The notes beneath the pieces were generated by a model. The model was given only the letters and a program-made list of their open reading frames with translations. It was not told where the DNA came from and made no database searches. Below, one piece after another: positions 1 through 12,908 of a DNA stretch of 64,000 bases. Location: contig CAVSIV010000001.1 in NCBI GenBank assembly GCA_963728205.1, forward strand, positions 704,001 to 768,000, given 5' to 3'. The translations under genes and the position numbers were made by a program. Each line of letters begins with the position of its first letter. The stretch's first letter is position 1. The stretch is from an uncultured Chloroflexia bacterium. Its GTDB lineage: Bacteria; Chloroflexota; Dehalococcoidia; UBA2979.

Positions 1-174
1 GATGACAGCCGCGAGCGCGATGGTGAGCAGGAGGCCGCCCCACTCGCGGGGCTGGAGGAAGGCGAGGAAGCCGAGGCCGGCGAGCGCGCCGATGACGGAG
101 ACCGCCACGAGCAGCACCTGCGGGCGGTTGGCGAGGAGCGACGGCTGCGGCCGCGCGTCGGTCGTCGTTGCCAT
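1..174 (-). CDS. Membrane protein, N-terminal part (runs off the window)
   Basis: ATG at 174 follows a GAGAGGGA SD. Translates MATTTDARPQPSLLANRPQVLLVAVSVIGALAGLGFLAFLQPREWGGLLLTIALAAVI, with two hydrophobic segments. Not in the ORF track. Confidence 0.65.
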   Translation of the reverse strand, partial: MATTTDARPQPSLLANRPQVLLVAVSVIGALAGLGFLAFLQPREWGGLLLTIALAAVI

Positions 175-334
175 GTCGTCCCTCTCGTTCCCTCGACCGA
201 ACGGGCGCGTCTTCCTTCGGGTTGCCCCGGCGCCGCGCGGGCGCGATCCGTTCCCTCCGCCGTGCGGAGGGCCGCTCGTTTCCTAGGACGATGCGCGGCG
301 CCGATCTGTGACGTCCGCACCGCCCCGCGTTCGA

Positions 335-754
335 CTAGCCGAACGGCAACGTGCCCCGTTCGGCCAGCAGCCGCATGATTTCGAACCCGCCGACCAGGCC
401 CGAGACCACCGACAGCGCCACGATCAGCCCCGTCTGGCCGGCGCGCATCAGCGCGCTCGCGCCCGCCGCGGCGCCCCCGGCGGTCGTTGCCTTGTCGCCG
501 GCGCGGAGGTAGCGCACCTCCTGCTTCGCCGGCCGGCCCTCGATCCCCATCGCGTCATACGCGGTGCGGTTCGTGGGGTTCGAGAGGACGTCGAACGCCC
601 TGCGCAGTCGGTCGACCTTGTTGGGGTCTGCGACGTGCACGCGCATGAGGCGGCCGTACGCCGCGCGGATCACGGGATCCGACGCACGCGGCGAGACTTC
701 CAGCTCCTCGTAGAGCAGGAACCCCGGCTGCTCATAGTCGTACTGAAGGGACAT
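335..754 (-). CDS. J-domain-like protein with degenerate HPD motif and C-terminal TM helix
   Basis: LYEELEVSPRASDPVIRAAYGRLMRVHVAD...LRRAFDVLSNPTNRTAYD follows the DnaJ helix pattern but has HVAD in place of HPD. C-terminal TM is GLIVALSVVSGLVGGF. Start placed at ATG 754, downstream of the riboswitch. Confidence 0.75.
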   Translation of the reverse strand: MSLQYDYEQPGFLLYEELEVSPRASDPVIRAAYGRLMRVHVADPNKVDRLRRAFDVLSNPTNRTAYDAMGIEGRPAKQEVRYLRAGDKATTAGGAAAGASALMRAGQTGLIVALSVVSGLVGGFEIMRLLAERGTLPFG

Positions 755-780
755 CTTCGCCCCCGAGCCGCACCGGCTGG

Positions 781-823
781 CAAACAAGATCATCGGCACG
801 GGCGAGGCGATCGCCCATGCCGA
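781..823 (-). terminator. Intrinsic terminator-like hairpin (riboswitch expression platform)
   Basis: RNA UCGGCAUGGGCGA-UCGCC-UCGCCCGUGCCGA forms a 13-bp stem with one G-U pair, followed by UGAUCUUGUUUG. Confidence 0.65.
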
Positions 824-828
824 CGGGT

Positions 829-928
829 CCCGTTCGGCGGCCCGGCTGCCCGCGACCACCTGCGCGGCGGCCGGGAGGGCCCGTGGCTTTGCGTCCCCCG
901 GTTCCCCGGGGTTTGCCGTTTCGCGGGG
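829..928 (-). promoter_or_regulatory. Cyclic di-GMP-I (GEMM-I) riboswitch aptamer
   Basis: Minus strand reads AAAC-GGCAAAC-CCCGG-GGAA-CCGGG-GGACGCAAAGCCACGGG...CAGCCGGGCCGCCGAA. This has the GGCAAAC / GNRA-capped P2 / GGACGCAAAGC / P3 consensus. Confidence 0.88.
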
Positions 929-1066
929 CGCGCCTCTCAACGCGCCGTGCACACCCGCCCGACGCGCGCTTGCACGCCGCATCCTGGAGAGAGCCTGCTG
1001 CTCCCCCTCGCTACGGAAGAAGACGAGCGGGCGTGCCGCGCTGTGACGCGGGATGCCGGTGCCCGG

Positions 1067-3665
1067 TCAGGCGTCCAGCCAGAGGGCGACCGGGAACGTC
1101 GCCAGCGCGTCGTCGAGGCGGTGGCGCGACGACGGACCGCGGCGGCGGCCGGTGAAGACGTCGACGAACGAGCGCGTCGCGATCGCGGGAGGCAATCGCA
1201 ACGCGGTGTCGCCCCAGCGCAGCGGCGGCAGCCCGGTGCCCGGGCGCGAGGGCGGGAGCATGGCAGACGCGAGCCGCGGCACGACCACGACGGCCGTGCG
1301 TTCCGCGTACCGCCGCGCGAACGCAACGACCCGCTCGGCATGCGCGCCGGTCGCCGCGAGCGGCTCGTAGTCGCCCTCGAGGAAGAGCGCCGGGTCCTCG
1401 CGCCGCTCGCGCAGTGCCCGCGAGAGCGCATAGAGCTTCGCGCGGCCGTCGGTCCACCCGCGCAGCAGCGGCTCGAGGCCGCCCGCCGGCGGTGCCGGCG
1501 GCCCCGCGGCGTCGAGCGCGGCCAGCGCCGTGCGCCGCTCGTCGAAGTCGACGGGCCGGCGGTTGTCCGGGTCGACCAGCGAGAGGTCCCACAGGTCGGC
1601 GCCCTGGTACGTGTCCGGCACGCCGGGCGACGCCGCCTTGAGCACGACCTGCGCCAGCGCGTGCAGGGCGCCGATCGTCGCCGCGCGCTCGGCGAGCGGC
1701 CGCACGGCGTCGACGAACGCCGCGTCGTGGAGCGCCCCGGTGACGAAGCGGTCGAGGCCGCGCTCGTACGCCATCTCCGGCTCGAATCCAGCTGGTGTGC
1801 GTCTCAGCCTCGCGGGCGGCCTTTCGAAGGTACCCGCGGACGCGCACGACATACGCGTCGTCGAGCGCGGCGCCGACGGGCCACGTGCCGACCAGCACCT
1901 GGTAGAAGGCATACTCGCGCGTGGGCGACGGCGCCGCGTCGCCGAGGCTCGCCCGCAGCGGGGCGAGGTGCGCCGACCAGCGCCGGACGGCGTCCTCCCA
2001 CTCCGCGGACAGCTCCGAGAGCGCGCTGATGCGGAGGCGCGTGTCCTCACCGCGCTTGTGATCGTGCGTGGCCGTCGCGAGCATCGTGCGCGGCCAGCGG
2101 CGGCGACGGGCGTCGTTCTGGCGATGGAAGCGCTCGACGCTCGTGCCGAAGCGGTCGGGCGAGCCGCCGACCTCGCAGAGCGAGAGCAGCCGGGGATAGC
2201 GGAAGAACGCGGTGTCTTCGAGCCCCTTCGCCTGCACCGCCGGTGTGAGCTGCTGGAGCGCCATCACCGCGCGGCGCGCGGCGCCGGGCGCCGGCGCGGC
2301 GAGCGCATCGGCCGCGGCGTCGAGCGCCGCGGGGTTCGCGTCGACGGCGAGCCGGCCCGCGATCTGCCGCGCGCGAGCCACGACGCTGCGCGCGGCCGGG
2401 TCGAGGGTGTCCTCGCTGTGGTAGGTCCGATACACGGGGAGGGCGGCGAGGAGCGCGCGCACGGCGGCGGCGAACGGTTCGGGGGGCGGGGGCGCGAGGG
2501 CGGCGCCGCCCGCGCCGAGCTCGCCGGCGGCGGCGGCGAGCGCCCCGTGCAGACGGGCGGCGGCGGCGTCGAGCTGCACGCGCAGCGTGCCGTCCGCGAT
2601 CTCGCGCCGGCTCGCGAACGCGAGCTCGCCGTACGCGCGCTCGTCGCCCGTGAACGCCCGATACAGCCGCGTCAGCGCGCGCTCGGCGTGCGCGTCGACG
2701 AACAGGCCGCCCACGTCGTTGAGGAAGTCGTAGCCGGTGGTGCCGTCGCACGACCAGGCAGGCGGCAGGTGCTCGTCGCCCTCGAGGATCTTCTCTACCG
2801 AGACATACGACGGGGCGAGCCGCTCGCGCACGCGCTCCAGGTACCCGGCCGGGTCGGCGAGCCCGTCCGGGTGGTCGACGCGCAGACCCTGCACCGCTCC
2901 GTCGGCGACGAGCCGCCGCGGCAGCGCGTGGACGCGGTCGAAGACCGCGGGGTCCTCGACGCGCAGGCCGACGAGGTCGTCGATCAGGAAGAAGCGGCGA
3001 TAGTTCACGCGCTCCTTGCCCGAGAGCCAGTGCTCGAGGCGGTAGTGCTGCCGCTCGAGGAGCGCCGGGAGAGCCGTGGTCGCCGCCGCGGCGGCGTCTT
3101 CCGGGCGCAGCGGCAGACGATGCTCGAAGTAGCGCAGCCAGCCGCCGTCCGCATCGCTCTCGACGGTGAGCTCGCCGCGCGCCATCACCGCAGCGGGTTC
3201 GTCGCCGAGGATCGGCAGGACGATGCGCCCGTGCAGCGCGGGGTCCGCCGGCTCCCAGTCGATGTCGAAGAACGGCGCGTACGGCGAGTCGCGGCCGCGC
3301 CGCAGCACGTCCTCCCACCAGGCGTTGCGGCCGGCGGCCACGCCCATGTGGTTCGGCACGATGTCGATGACCTGGCCCAGGCCGAGCCGCCGCTGCTCCG
3401 AGACGAGCCGCGCGTACGCCGCTTCGCCGCCGAGCTCGGGGTTGAGCCGCTCCGGATCGATGACGTCGTAGCCGTGCGTGCTGCCGGGCGCTGCCGCCGC
3501 GATCGGCGAGAGGTAGACGTGCGTGATGCCGAGGTCGCGGAGGTAGGGGAGGACGGCGGCGGCGTCGTCGAAGGTGAAGCCGGCGTGCAGCTGGAGCCGG
3601 TAGGTGGCGGCGACCGGTGCGATCGGGCGCGCAGCCCGGCGCGCGGACGGTCGCGCGCTAGGCAC
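1067..3665 (-). CDS. treY: Malto-oligosyltrehalose synthase (one +1 frameshift near 1785)
   Basis: Motifs ATYRLQL, GSTHGYDV, DIVPNHM, GLRVDHPDGL, TATHDHKRGED, PGVPDTYQG, SLVDPDNRRPVDF. GTG 3665 overlaps the treZ stop. Removing one base joins TSWI to EPEMAYE. Confidence 0.92.
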
Positions 3666-5562
3666 GCGGACCCTCCCGCGTCGAGCGGAGCACCACCGCG
3701 CCCGGGCGCGTGAAGCGCGCGGTAGGCGGCCCCGAATCGAGGTCGGTGGTGACCGGGGTGGGATCCGGCGCCAGGCCGCCGTCCTCAGTGGTGAGCACGA
3801 GCTGCCAGCGTGTGCCGGCAGGCGGGTCGAGGATCGGGTGGCCTCGGTGCTCACCGCCGCCGCGCAGTCGCGCGATCACGAGGAGCTCCGCGTCGGTGCC
3901 CGCCGCGCGCCGCAGGGCGACCGTGTCCGCGTCGAGCGCGACGGCCTGCTGCCCGGCGGCCGGCCCCACCTCGCGCCGCAGCGCGAGCAGCGCGCGGTGC
4001 AGCCGCAGCGTCGACGCGTGCGGCTCGCGGTCGCGCTCGGTCCAGTCGAGCCGGCTACGGGCGAAGGTCGCGGGATCCTGCGGGTCGGGGATGCGCTGGC
4101 GGCTGGCAGGGTCGCGGAACGCCTCCCAGTGGCGAAACTCGTTGCGGCGGCCCTCGGTGACGAGGCGGCCCAGCTCGTCGTGGTGGTCGGTGAAGTAGAG
4201 GAACGGCGTGCTCGCCGCCCACTCCTCGCCCATGAAGAGCAGCACCGAGGCGCCGCCGCAGAGCAGGAGCGCGGCGGCCGCGCGCACCGCCTCGGGCGCG
4301 GCCTCGTCCGTGAGGCGCGTGCCGAACGCGCGGTTGCCGATCTGGTCGTGGTTCTGCAGGCAGTGGACGAAGCGCGGCAGGGCGAGCCCATCGGGACTGG
4401 TGCCGCGCGGCTCATCCCAGAACGCCGAGTGCTCTCCGGTGTACAGCCAGCCGCGCGCGAGCGACGTCGCGATCTCCGCGGTGGTGCCGGCGTAGTCCTG
4501 GAAGTAGCCCTCGTGATCGCCCGCCAGCAGGCGTCGCGTCGCATGATGGAAGTCGTCGGCGAAGGTCGCGTCGAGCCCCCAGCCGCCGTTCGCGGGCGGC
4601 CGCACGACGGTGTCGAGGTTGCGATGGTCCTCCGCGATCACGACCGGCCGTCCGCGCCCCGTCCGCGCCCCGTGCACCGCGTCCGCGTACTCCGCGAGGA
4701 AGTGGCGCGGACCGTCGTCGCGCAGCGCGTGCGTGGCGTCGAGGCGGAAGCCGTCGACGTGGTACTCGTGCAGCCAGTGCAGCGCGCTCTCGACGAAATA
4801 GCCGCGCACCGCACCGGCGCCGGGCCCGTCGAGGTTGATGGCGGCGCCCCACGGCGTGTGGTGCCGCGGGTTGAAGTACTGGCGCGCGTACGTGCCCTGG
4901 TACGCGCCGTCCGGCCCGAAGTGGTTGTAGACGACGTCGAGGATCACGCCGAGCCCCAGTGCGTGCGCACGGTCGACGAGCGCGCGCAGATCGTCGGGGC
5001 GTCCGTAGCAGCGGGCGGGAGCGAAGAGGTCGACGCCGTCGTAGCCCCAGTTGCGATCGCCCGCGAAGTCGGCGACGGGCAGCAGCTGCACCGCCGTGAC
5101 GCCGAGCTCCGCGAGCTCGTCCAGCCGCGCGGTCGCGGCCGCGAACGTGCCCTCGCGCGTGAACGTGCCGACGTGCAGCTCGTAGATCGCGAGGGCGTCG
5201 CGGTCGAGGCCGTGCCAGCCGTCGTCGGTCCAGCGAAACGCGGTGGGATCGATGACCTCGGAGGGCCCGTGCACACCCTCCGGCTGGAAGCGCGAGGCGA
5301 CGTCGGGCAGCGCCGGGCCCTCCTCGAGCACATAGCGGTAGCGCGCGCCCGCGTCGATGCCGGGCACGATGCCGCTGAAGTAGCCGGCGTCGTCGCGCGC
5401 GAGCGGATGCTCGCCGCGCGGGCGTCCTGCGTCGTCCTCGACGCGCACCGCCAGGCGTCGCGGGGAAGGCGCCCACGTGCGGAACCGCACGCCGTCGCCG
5501 TCGAGCCACGCGCCGAGGGACGGCCGCCAGCCGGTGCCGGTGCCGGTGCGGGGGCCGGTCAT
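3658..5562 (-). CDS. treZ: Malto-oligosyltrehalose trehalohydrolase
   Basis: Motifs IYELHVGTFT, NWGYDGV, DVVYNHFGPDG, DGFRLDATH, QNHDQIGNR, LFMGEEW. Confidence 0.95.
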   Translation of the reverse strand: MTGPRTGTGTGWRPSLGAWLDGDGVRFRTWAPSPRRLAVRVEDDAGRPRGEHPLARDDAGYFSGIVPGIDAGARYRYVLEEGPALPDVASRFQPEGVHGPSEVIDPTAFRWTDDGWHGLDRDALAIYELHVGTFTREGTFAAATARLDELAELGVTAVQLLPVADFAGDRNWGYDGVDLFAPARCYGRPDDLRALVDRAHALGLGVILDVVYNHFGPDGAYQGTYARQYFNPRHHTPWGAAINLDGPGAGAVRGYFVESALHWLHEYHVDGFRLDATHALRDDGPRHFLAEYADAVHGARTGRGRPVVIAEDHRNLDTVVRPPANGGWGLDATFADDFHHATRRLLAGDHEGYFQDYAGTTAEIATSLARGWLYTGEHSAFWDEPRGTSPDGLALPRFVHCLQNHDQIGNRAFGTRLTDEAAPEAVRAAAALLLCGGASVLLFMGEEWAASTPFLYFTDHHDELGRLVTEGRRNEFRHWEAFRDPASRQRIPDPQDPATFARSRLDWTERDREPHASTLRLHRALLALRREVGPAAGQQAVALDADTVALRRAAGTDAELLVIARLRGGGEHRGHPILDPPAGTRWQLVLTTEDGGLAPDPTPVTTDLDSGPPTARFTRPGAVVLRSTREGPRA

Positions 5563-7609
5563 CGCCGCCCTCCGCGACCTCCGTCGACAGCGACGCGGAG
5601 GGTGACATCGAAGCTCTCCCCGGCGCCGAGGCTGAGCGGCCAGGTGAGCAGACAGGCGAGTGCCTGCGGCGTGCGTTCGAGCCCGCGTTCCGACTGCGAC
5701 ACGGTGGAGACCGGCCGCATGTCGACGTCGACCGGGGCCGAGCTCTCGATGTGCACCGCGACGTCTGGACCCTCGAGCGCGACGCTCGCGCTCAGGACGT
5801 TGCGCGCCGCGCCGCCGCGGCGCAGGTCGATGTCGCGCGCGCCGGCCGTCGCCCGGCCGCGCGTGACCTGCTGGAAGTACACGCCGAAGTTGAGCTCGAC
5901 GCCGAAGCGCGCGGCGACGTGGCCGTCATCGGCGGTCACGCGGTAGCGCACGTCGACGACGCCGCCCTTCGGCGCGAGGTCGATCTGCTTGCGCACGCGC
6001 GCGGTGCCGCCGGGTGCCGCGGCGGTGCGCTCGAGGACGGCGCGCGCGCCGGCGCCCTCGGCGCGCGGGGCGCGGCGCGCGGTCAGCGTGTACGGGCGCC
6101 CGGCGAAGTCGCCGCGGTCGTCGATCTCGGCGCGGCGCGAGGGCGGGCCGCCGGCAGGGAGGAAGCGGTCGATCAGCATCGCGCGGCGGCCGTGGTCGTA
6201 CGGCGGCGCCTCGCGGCCGGACGGGTGGTACGCCTCGGGGCGCCGCGCCAGCGTGTCGCCGAGGTTGATCTCGCGCGAGCGGTCGGACAGCTCGACGAGC
6301 GCGCCGCCCTCCTGTGGGTCGACGACCAGCGTGAGTGTGTCGTTGGCGAGCACGGCCTCGTCGTGGCCGTCGGCGTCGAGGTCGAACACGCGCACGGCGC
6401 GCGGGCGCTCGCCCAGCCGCGCGAGCTGGTGCTCGGCGCGCAGCAGCGAACGCCACGGGTCGCGGCGCAGCAGCGGCAGGTACGTGCCGCCGAACCAGCC
6501 GTGCCAGTACGAGTCGTTCGCCTGCGCCCGCCACAGCGCGCGCACGGCGGGGGGGAGGTCGCGGTCGCGCGCGGTGTCGGACAGCGGCGAGCGCCCGAGG
6601 CGGGCGGCGACGCGACGGCTGACGTCGAGCATGCGCTTGTGGAGGTGGTTCGCCTCGGGGTACTTCGCGAGGAACTGGAAGTAGACGCCGGACCGCATGA
6701 ACGGCGCGGTGGCCTCGAGGAGTCGCGCGCGGCGCAGGCGCTCCTGCACGCGCGCGAGCTCGCGCTGTCGGCCCGGCGGCAGCGACCACGCGAGCATCTC
6801 GGGGTAGGAGCCGTCGGGGAGGTAGACGCGGTCGACCGGCGGGGTCGCCGCGACGGCCTCGCCGAGCGGCACGAGCTCGACCGCGTCGCCCAGCTTCGCG
6901 AGTTCGCGGTAGAAGCGCCGCAGCCAGCCGCCCTGGATCACGGAGCGGTACGTCCCCGGCCACATGCCGAACTTCTCCATGTCGTCACCGAAGACCGCGA
7001 GCTGAACGCCGGCGTCGACCATGCGGCGGATCTCGGCGATCACCTCGCGTACGGGGCGCCAGGGGATCGTCATGCGCAGCGTCTCGGAGCCCGGCGCGAT
7101 CGTCAGCGTCTCGCCGAGGTACTCGGTCGTGAACGGGCCGGTGAGGTCGCTCGACGCGAGGCCGGCGGAGAGGAAGTGGCGCTCGTCGAGCGTCACGGTG
7201 TCGATGCCGCCGGCGCGCAGCGCGCGCACCATCGACGGCTCCCACACGCGCTCGGTGAGCCAGCCGGTATGCGTGTCCGCGCCGAAGAGGCGGCGGAGCA
7301 GCGCGCGGTGGGCGCGGAGCTGGCCCGCGCGGTCGTGCGGCGGCAGCAGGGCGAGCACCGGCTCGTACAGGCCGGCCGCGACCGGCTCCACCTGGCCCCG
7401 CTCCACCAGTCGACGCACCTGCGCGACGCGCTCCGGTGCGTTCGCCTCCAGCCACTCGAGCAGGCTCCCCGAGAAGTGCAGCGACATGCGCACGTGCGGG
7501 TGCTCCTCGAGCAGGTCGAGGAACGGCCCGTAGCAACGATCGACGCCCTCGTGGAAGACGGAGTCGAAGTTGCCCGGCGGCTGGTGCGCGTGGACGACGA
7601 GGCTCAGCC

Positions 7610-7613
<4 letters not shown>
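5559..7613 (-). CDS. GH57 alpha-amylase / 4-alpha-glucanotransferase
   Basis: GH57 conserved regions [27 protein letters not shown] and [10 protein letters not shown], plus a C-terminal beta-sandwich with VSQSERG. Confidence 0.88.
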
Positions 7614-9600
<1,987 letters not shown>

Positions 9601-9604
<4 letters not shown>

Positions 9605-12600
9605 GGGGCCTCCCCTTCCAGGCTCTGGAGGATCGCCGCGACGCCCTGCAGCGGTATGGCCACCCAGTCCGGGCGGTGATCGAGCTCGTACTCGAGCTCG
9701 TGGAGCGCCTTGTCGAGCAGGTAGAGCGACAGCAGGCCGTGGCGGACGTCCGGTTCCGCCGGGACGAACGCGGCGCCGCTCGCGGTCTCGAAGTAGCCGT
9801 CGAGGAAGCGCTCGGTCGCCCGGCGCTCCCACCACCGCGCCCACGGGCGGTCGCGCTCGAGCACGGACGTGGCGTCGGGCAGGGTCGCGACGTGCGCGCG
9901 GAGCGCGAACAGCGCGGCGTACTGGAACGAGCGGAGCATGCCGGCGACGTCGATGAAGACGCACGCCTTCTCGCGGCGCTCCGCGAGCGGCAGGCCAACC
10001 TCGCCCTCGAAGTCGACGATCGTGAAGTCGCCGCGGCCCCACAGCAGCTGCCCGAGGTGGTAGTCGCCGTGGCAGCGGATCTTCACGAGGCCCTCGGCGG
10101 CGGCCACCGCCGGCGCGAGCCAGGCGGCGACCTGCGGCATGGCGTCGAGGATGGCGTGCGCCTGCTGGGCGCCGGGCGTCTCGGCGCGCGCCATGCGCCG
10201 CAGGGCCGGCGCGAGGTGGCGCAGGCGGCGACGCACGCGGTCGAGCACGGCGTCGGCGTCGGCGCGCGCGAAGCGCTCCGGCGCGAAGGCGACGTCGCCG
10301 CGCGCGTCGGCGAGCGCGAGGTGCAGCTCGGCGGTGCGCACGCCGAGCACGCGCGCGGACTCCGCGTAGATCGGGTCGGGGCGCGCGTCCTCCGCGATCT
10401 CGTCGAACGGCGTCGCGCCCTCCTCCTCGAGGAAGAGCCGCACCTCGTCGACGGTGTAGGTCCAGCCATCGGTCTGGCTCCACACGAACTCCTGCAGCGT
10501 CGCGAGCGCGGCGGGCTCGGCCGGCGCGGCGGCGCCGCGGGCGGCGGCCGGCACGTAGTGCAGCGCGCCGGCGAAGCGTGGCGAGCGCTCGAACTCGACC
10601 CGCTCGGTGAGGTGACGGCTGATCTCGATCTCCGGGTGCACGCCGGGCTCGACGTGCCGGATCAGCTTCAGGATGAGCTGGGTGTCGAAGCGGACCGACG
10701 TGTTGCTCTGCTCCGCGCTCAGCGGGTGCACGCTCGGCGGGTCCTCGAGCGCGTCGTACATCTCGGGCAGCGCGGAGCTCGTCTCCGCGGTCAGCGTGCC
10801 GCGCGCTCCGTCCACGGCGCGCCCGCGCCGGAACGTCTCGAGCAGCGCCAGCGCGACCTCGCTCGACGCCATCCCGTCAAACACGACGCCGCGCCCGCGC
10901 GAGCCGTCGAGCCGCGCGACCACGGCGCCCGGCGTCGCCTCCAGCACGCCGCGCGCGGCGCGCCCGAGTGCGACCGCCACGGGCAGCGCGTAGGTGACCG
11001 CGTCGCGCCCCACCAGCTGTACGTCGACGATCGCGAGCCACGCCGGCAGCGCGCCGCCGCGCAGCGGCAGCAGGTCGCGGATCGTCGTGCGCTCGATCGT
11101 CGCGTCCTTCGCCCCGAACCAGCGCTGCGCCGGGAGGAACTGGCGGAAGCAGCTCGGACTCCAGCCGGCGGCGCGACGCGCCTTCGAACAGCTCGCTCCA
11201 GTCGCCGTCGACCGACAGGAGCGGGCGCAGCTGCGAGGCGCTCGCCGCCGGCTCCGGCTGGCGTACGAGGTCGAACCAGAAGAACGCGTGCGGGCCGAGG
11301 GAGAGGAAGTACGGCGCGTCGCCGATCGGCGGGAAGGTCTGCTTGCCGATCATCTCCATCGGCATCGCGCCGGCGAACGCGGAGAGGTCCAGCTCCACCG
11401 GCTGCACGAAGCGCGAGAGGTTCGCGACGACGAGCACCACCTGCTCTTCGTACGTGCGCAGGAACGCCAGCACGCTGCGGTTCTCGGGCGCGAGGACCTG
11501 GATGTCGCCGCGTCCGAAGACCTGCCGCTCGCGGCGCAGCGCGATCAGCCGCCGCATCCAGTTCAGGAGCGAGGACGGGCTGCGCTCCTGCGCCTCCACG
11601 TTCACGGCCTGGTAGCCGTAGAGCGGATCCATGATCACGGGCAGATAGAGCCGCTGCGGGTCGCTCGCCGAGAAGCCCGCATTGCGGTCGCCGCTCCACT
11701 GCATCGGCGAGCGCACGCCGTCGCGGTCGCCGAGGAAGATGTTGTCGCCCATGCCGATCTCGTCCCCGTAGTACAGGATGGGCGTACCGGGCAACGAGAA
11801 GAGCAGGCTGTTCAGCAGCTCCATGGCGCGGCGGTTGTTGTTGAGCAGCGGGGCGAGGCGCCGTCGGATGCCGACGTTGACGCGCATGCGCGGGTCCGTG
11901 GCGTACGTCTGGTACATGTAGTCGCGCTCTTCGTCGGCCACCATCTCGAGCGTCGAGCTCGTCGTGGTTGCGCAGAAAGAGCGCCCACTGCGTGTTCTCG
12001 GGGATGTCGGGCGTCTGAGCGAGGATGTCGGTGATCGGGTGGCGGTCCTCCTGGTGCAGCGCCATGAACATGCGCGGCATCACCGGGAAGTGGAACGCCA
12101 TGTGGCATTCGTCGCCGTCGCCGAAGTAGGCGCGGACATCGGACGGCCACTGGTTCGCCTCGGCGAGCAGCATGCGGTTCTCGAAGTGCTCGTCGATGTA
12201 GGCGCGCAGCTCCTTGAGCACGGCGTGCGTCTCGGGGAGGTTCTCGTTGTTCGTGCCCTCGCGCTCGCAGAGGTAGGGCACGGCGTCGAGGCGCAGGCCG
12301 TCCACGCCCTTCTCGAACCAGAAGTGCAGCCAGCGCTTCACGGCGCGGCGCACGCGCGGGCTCTCGAAGTTGAGGTCGGGCTGGTGCGTGAAGAAGCGGT
12401 GCCAGTAGTACTGGCCCGCGACGGGATCCCACGTCCAGTTCGACGTCTCGGTGTCGGTGAAGATGATGCGTGTGCCGGCGTACGCCTGGTCGGTGTCGCT
12501 CCACACGTACATGTTGCGGTCGGCCGAGCCGCGCGGCGCGCGGCGCGCGCGCTGGAACCACGGGTGCTGGTCGGACGTGTGGTTGACGACGAGCTCGGTG

Positions 12601-12908
12601 ATCACGCGGATGCCCCGCGCGTGCGCCTCGCGGACGAAGCGCGTGAAGTCGCGCATCGAACCGAACTCGGGATGGATCGAGAGGTAGTCGGAGATGTCAT
12701 AGCCGCCGTCGCGCATCGGCGACGGGTAGAAGGGGAGCAGCCAGACGCAGTTCACGCCCAGGCCGGAGAGGTAGTCGAGCTTCTCGGTCAGCCCCCGAAA
12801 GTCGCCCATGCCGTTGCCGTCGCTGTCGCGGAACGAGCGGACGTACACCTCGTAGATGATCGCGTCCTTGAACCAGAGCGGATCGTCCGTCAGCCCGGGT
12901 TCAGTCAC
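9601..12908 (-). CDS. treS: Trehalose synthase-maltokinase fusion (TreS-Mak/Pep2), two +1 frameshifts near 11955 and 11142
   Basis: TreS motifs [28 protein letters not shown](T)LEMV and [12 protein letters not shown]. These are followed by [30 protein letters not shown] and [12 protein letters not shown] from maltokinase. Confidence 0.9.
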
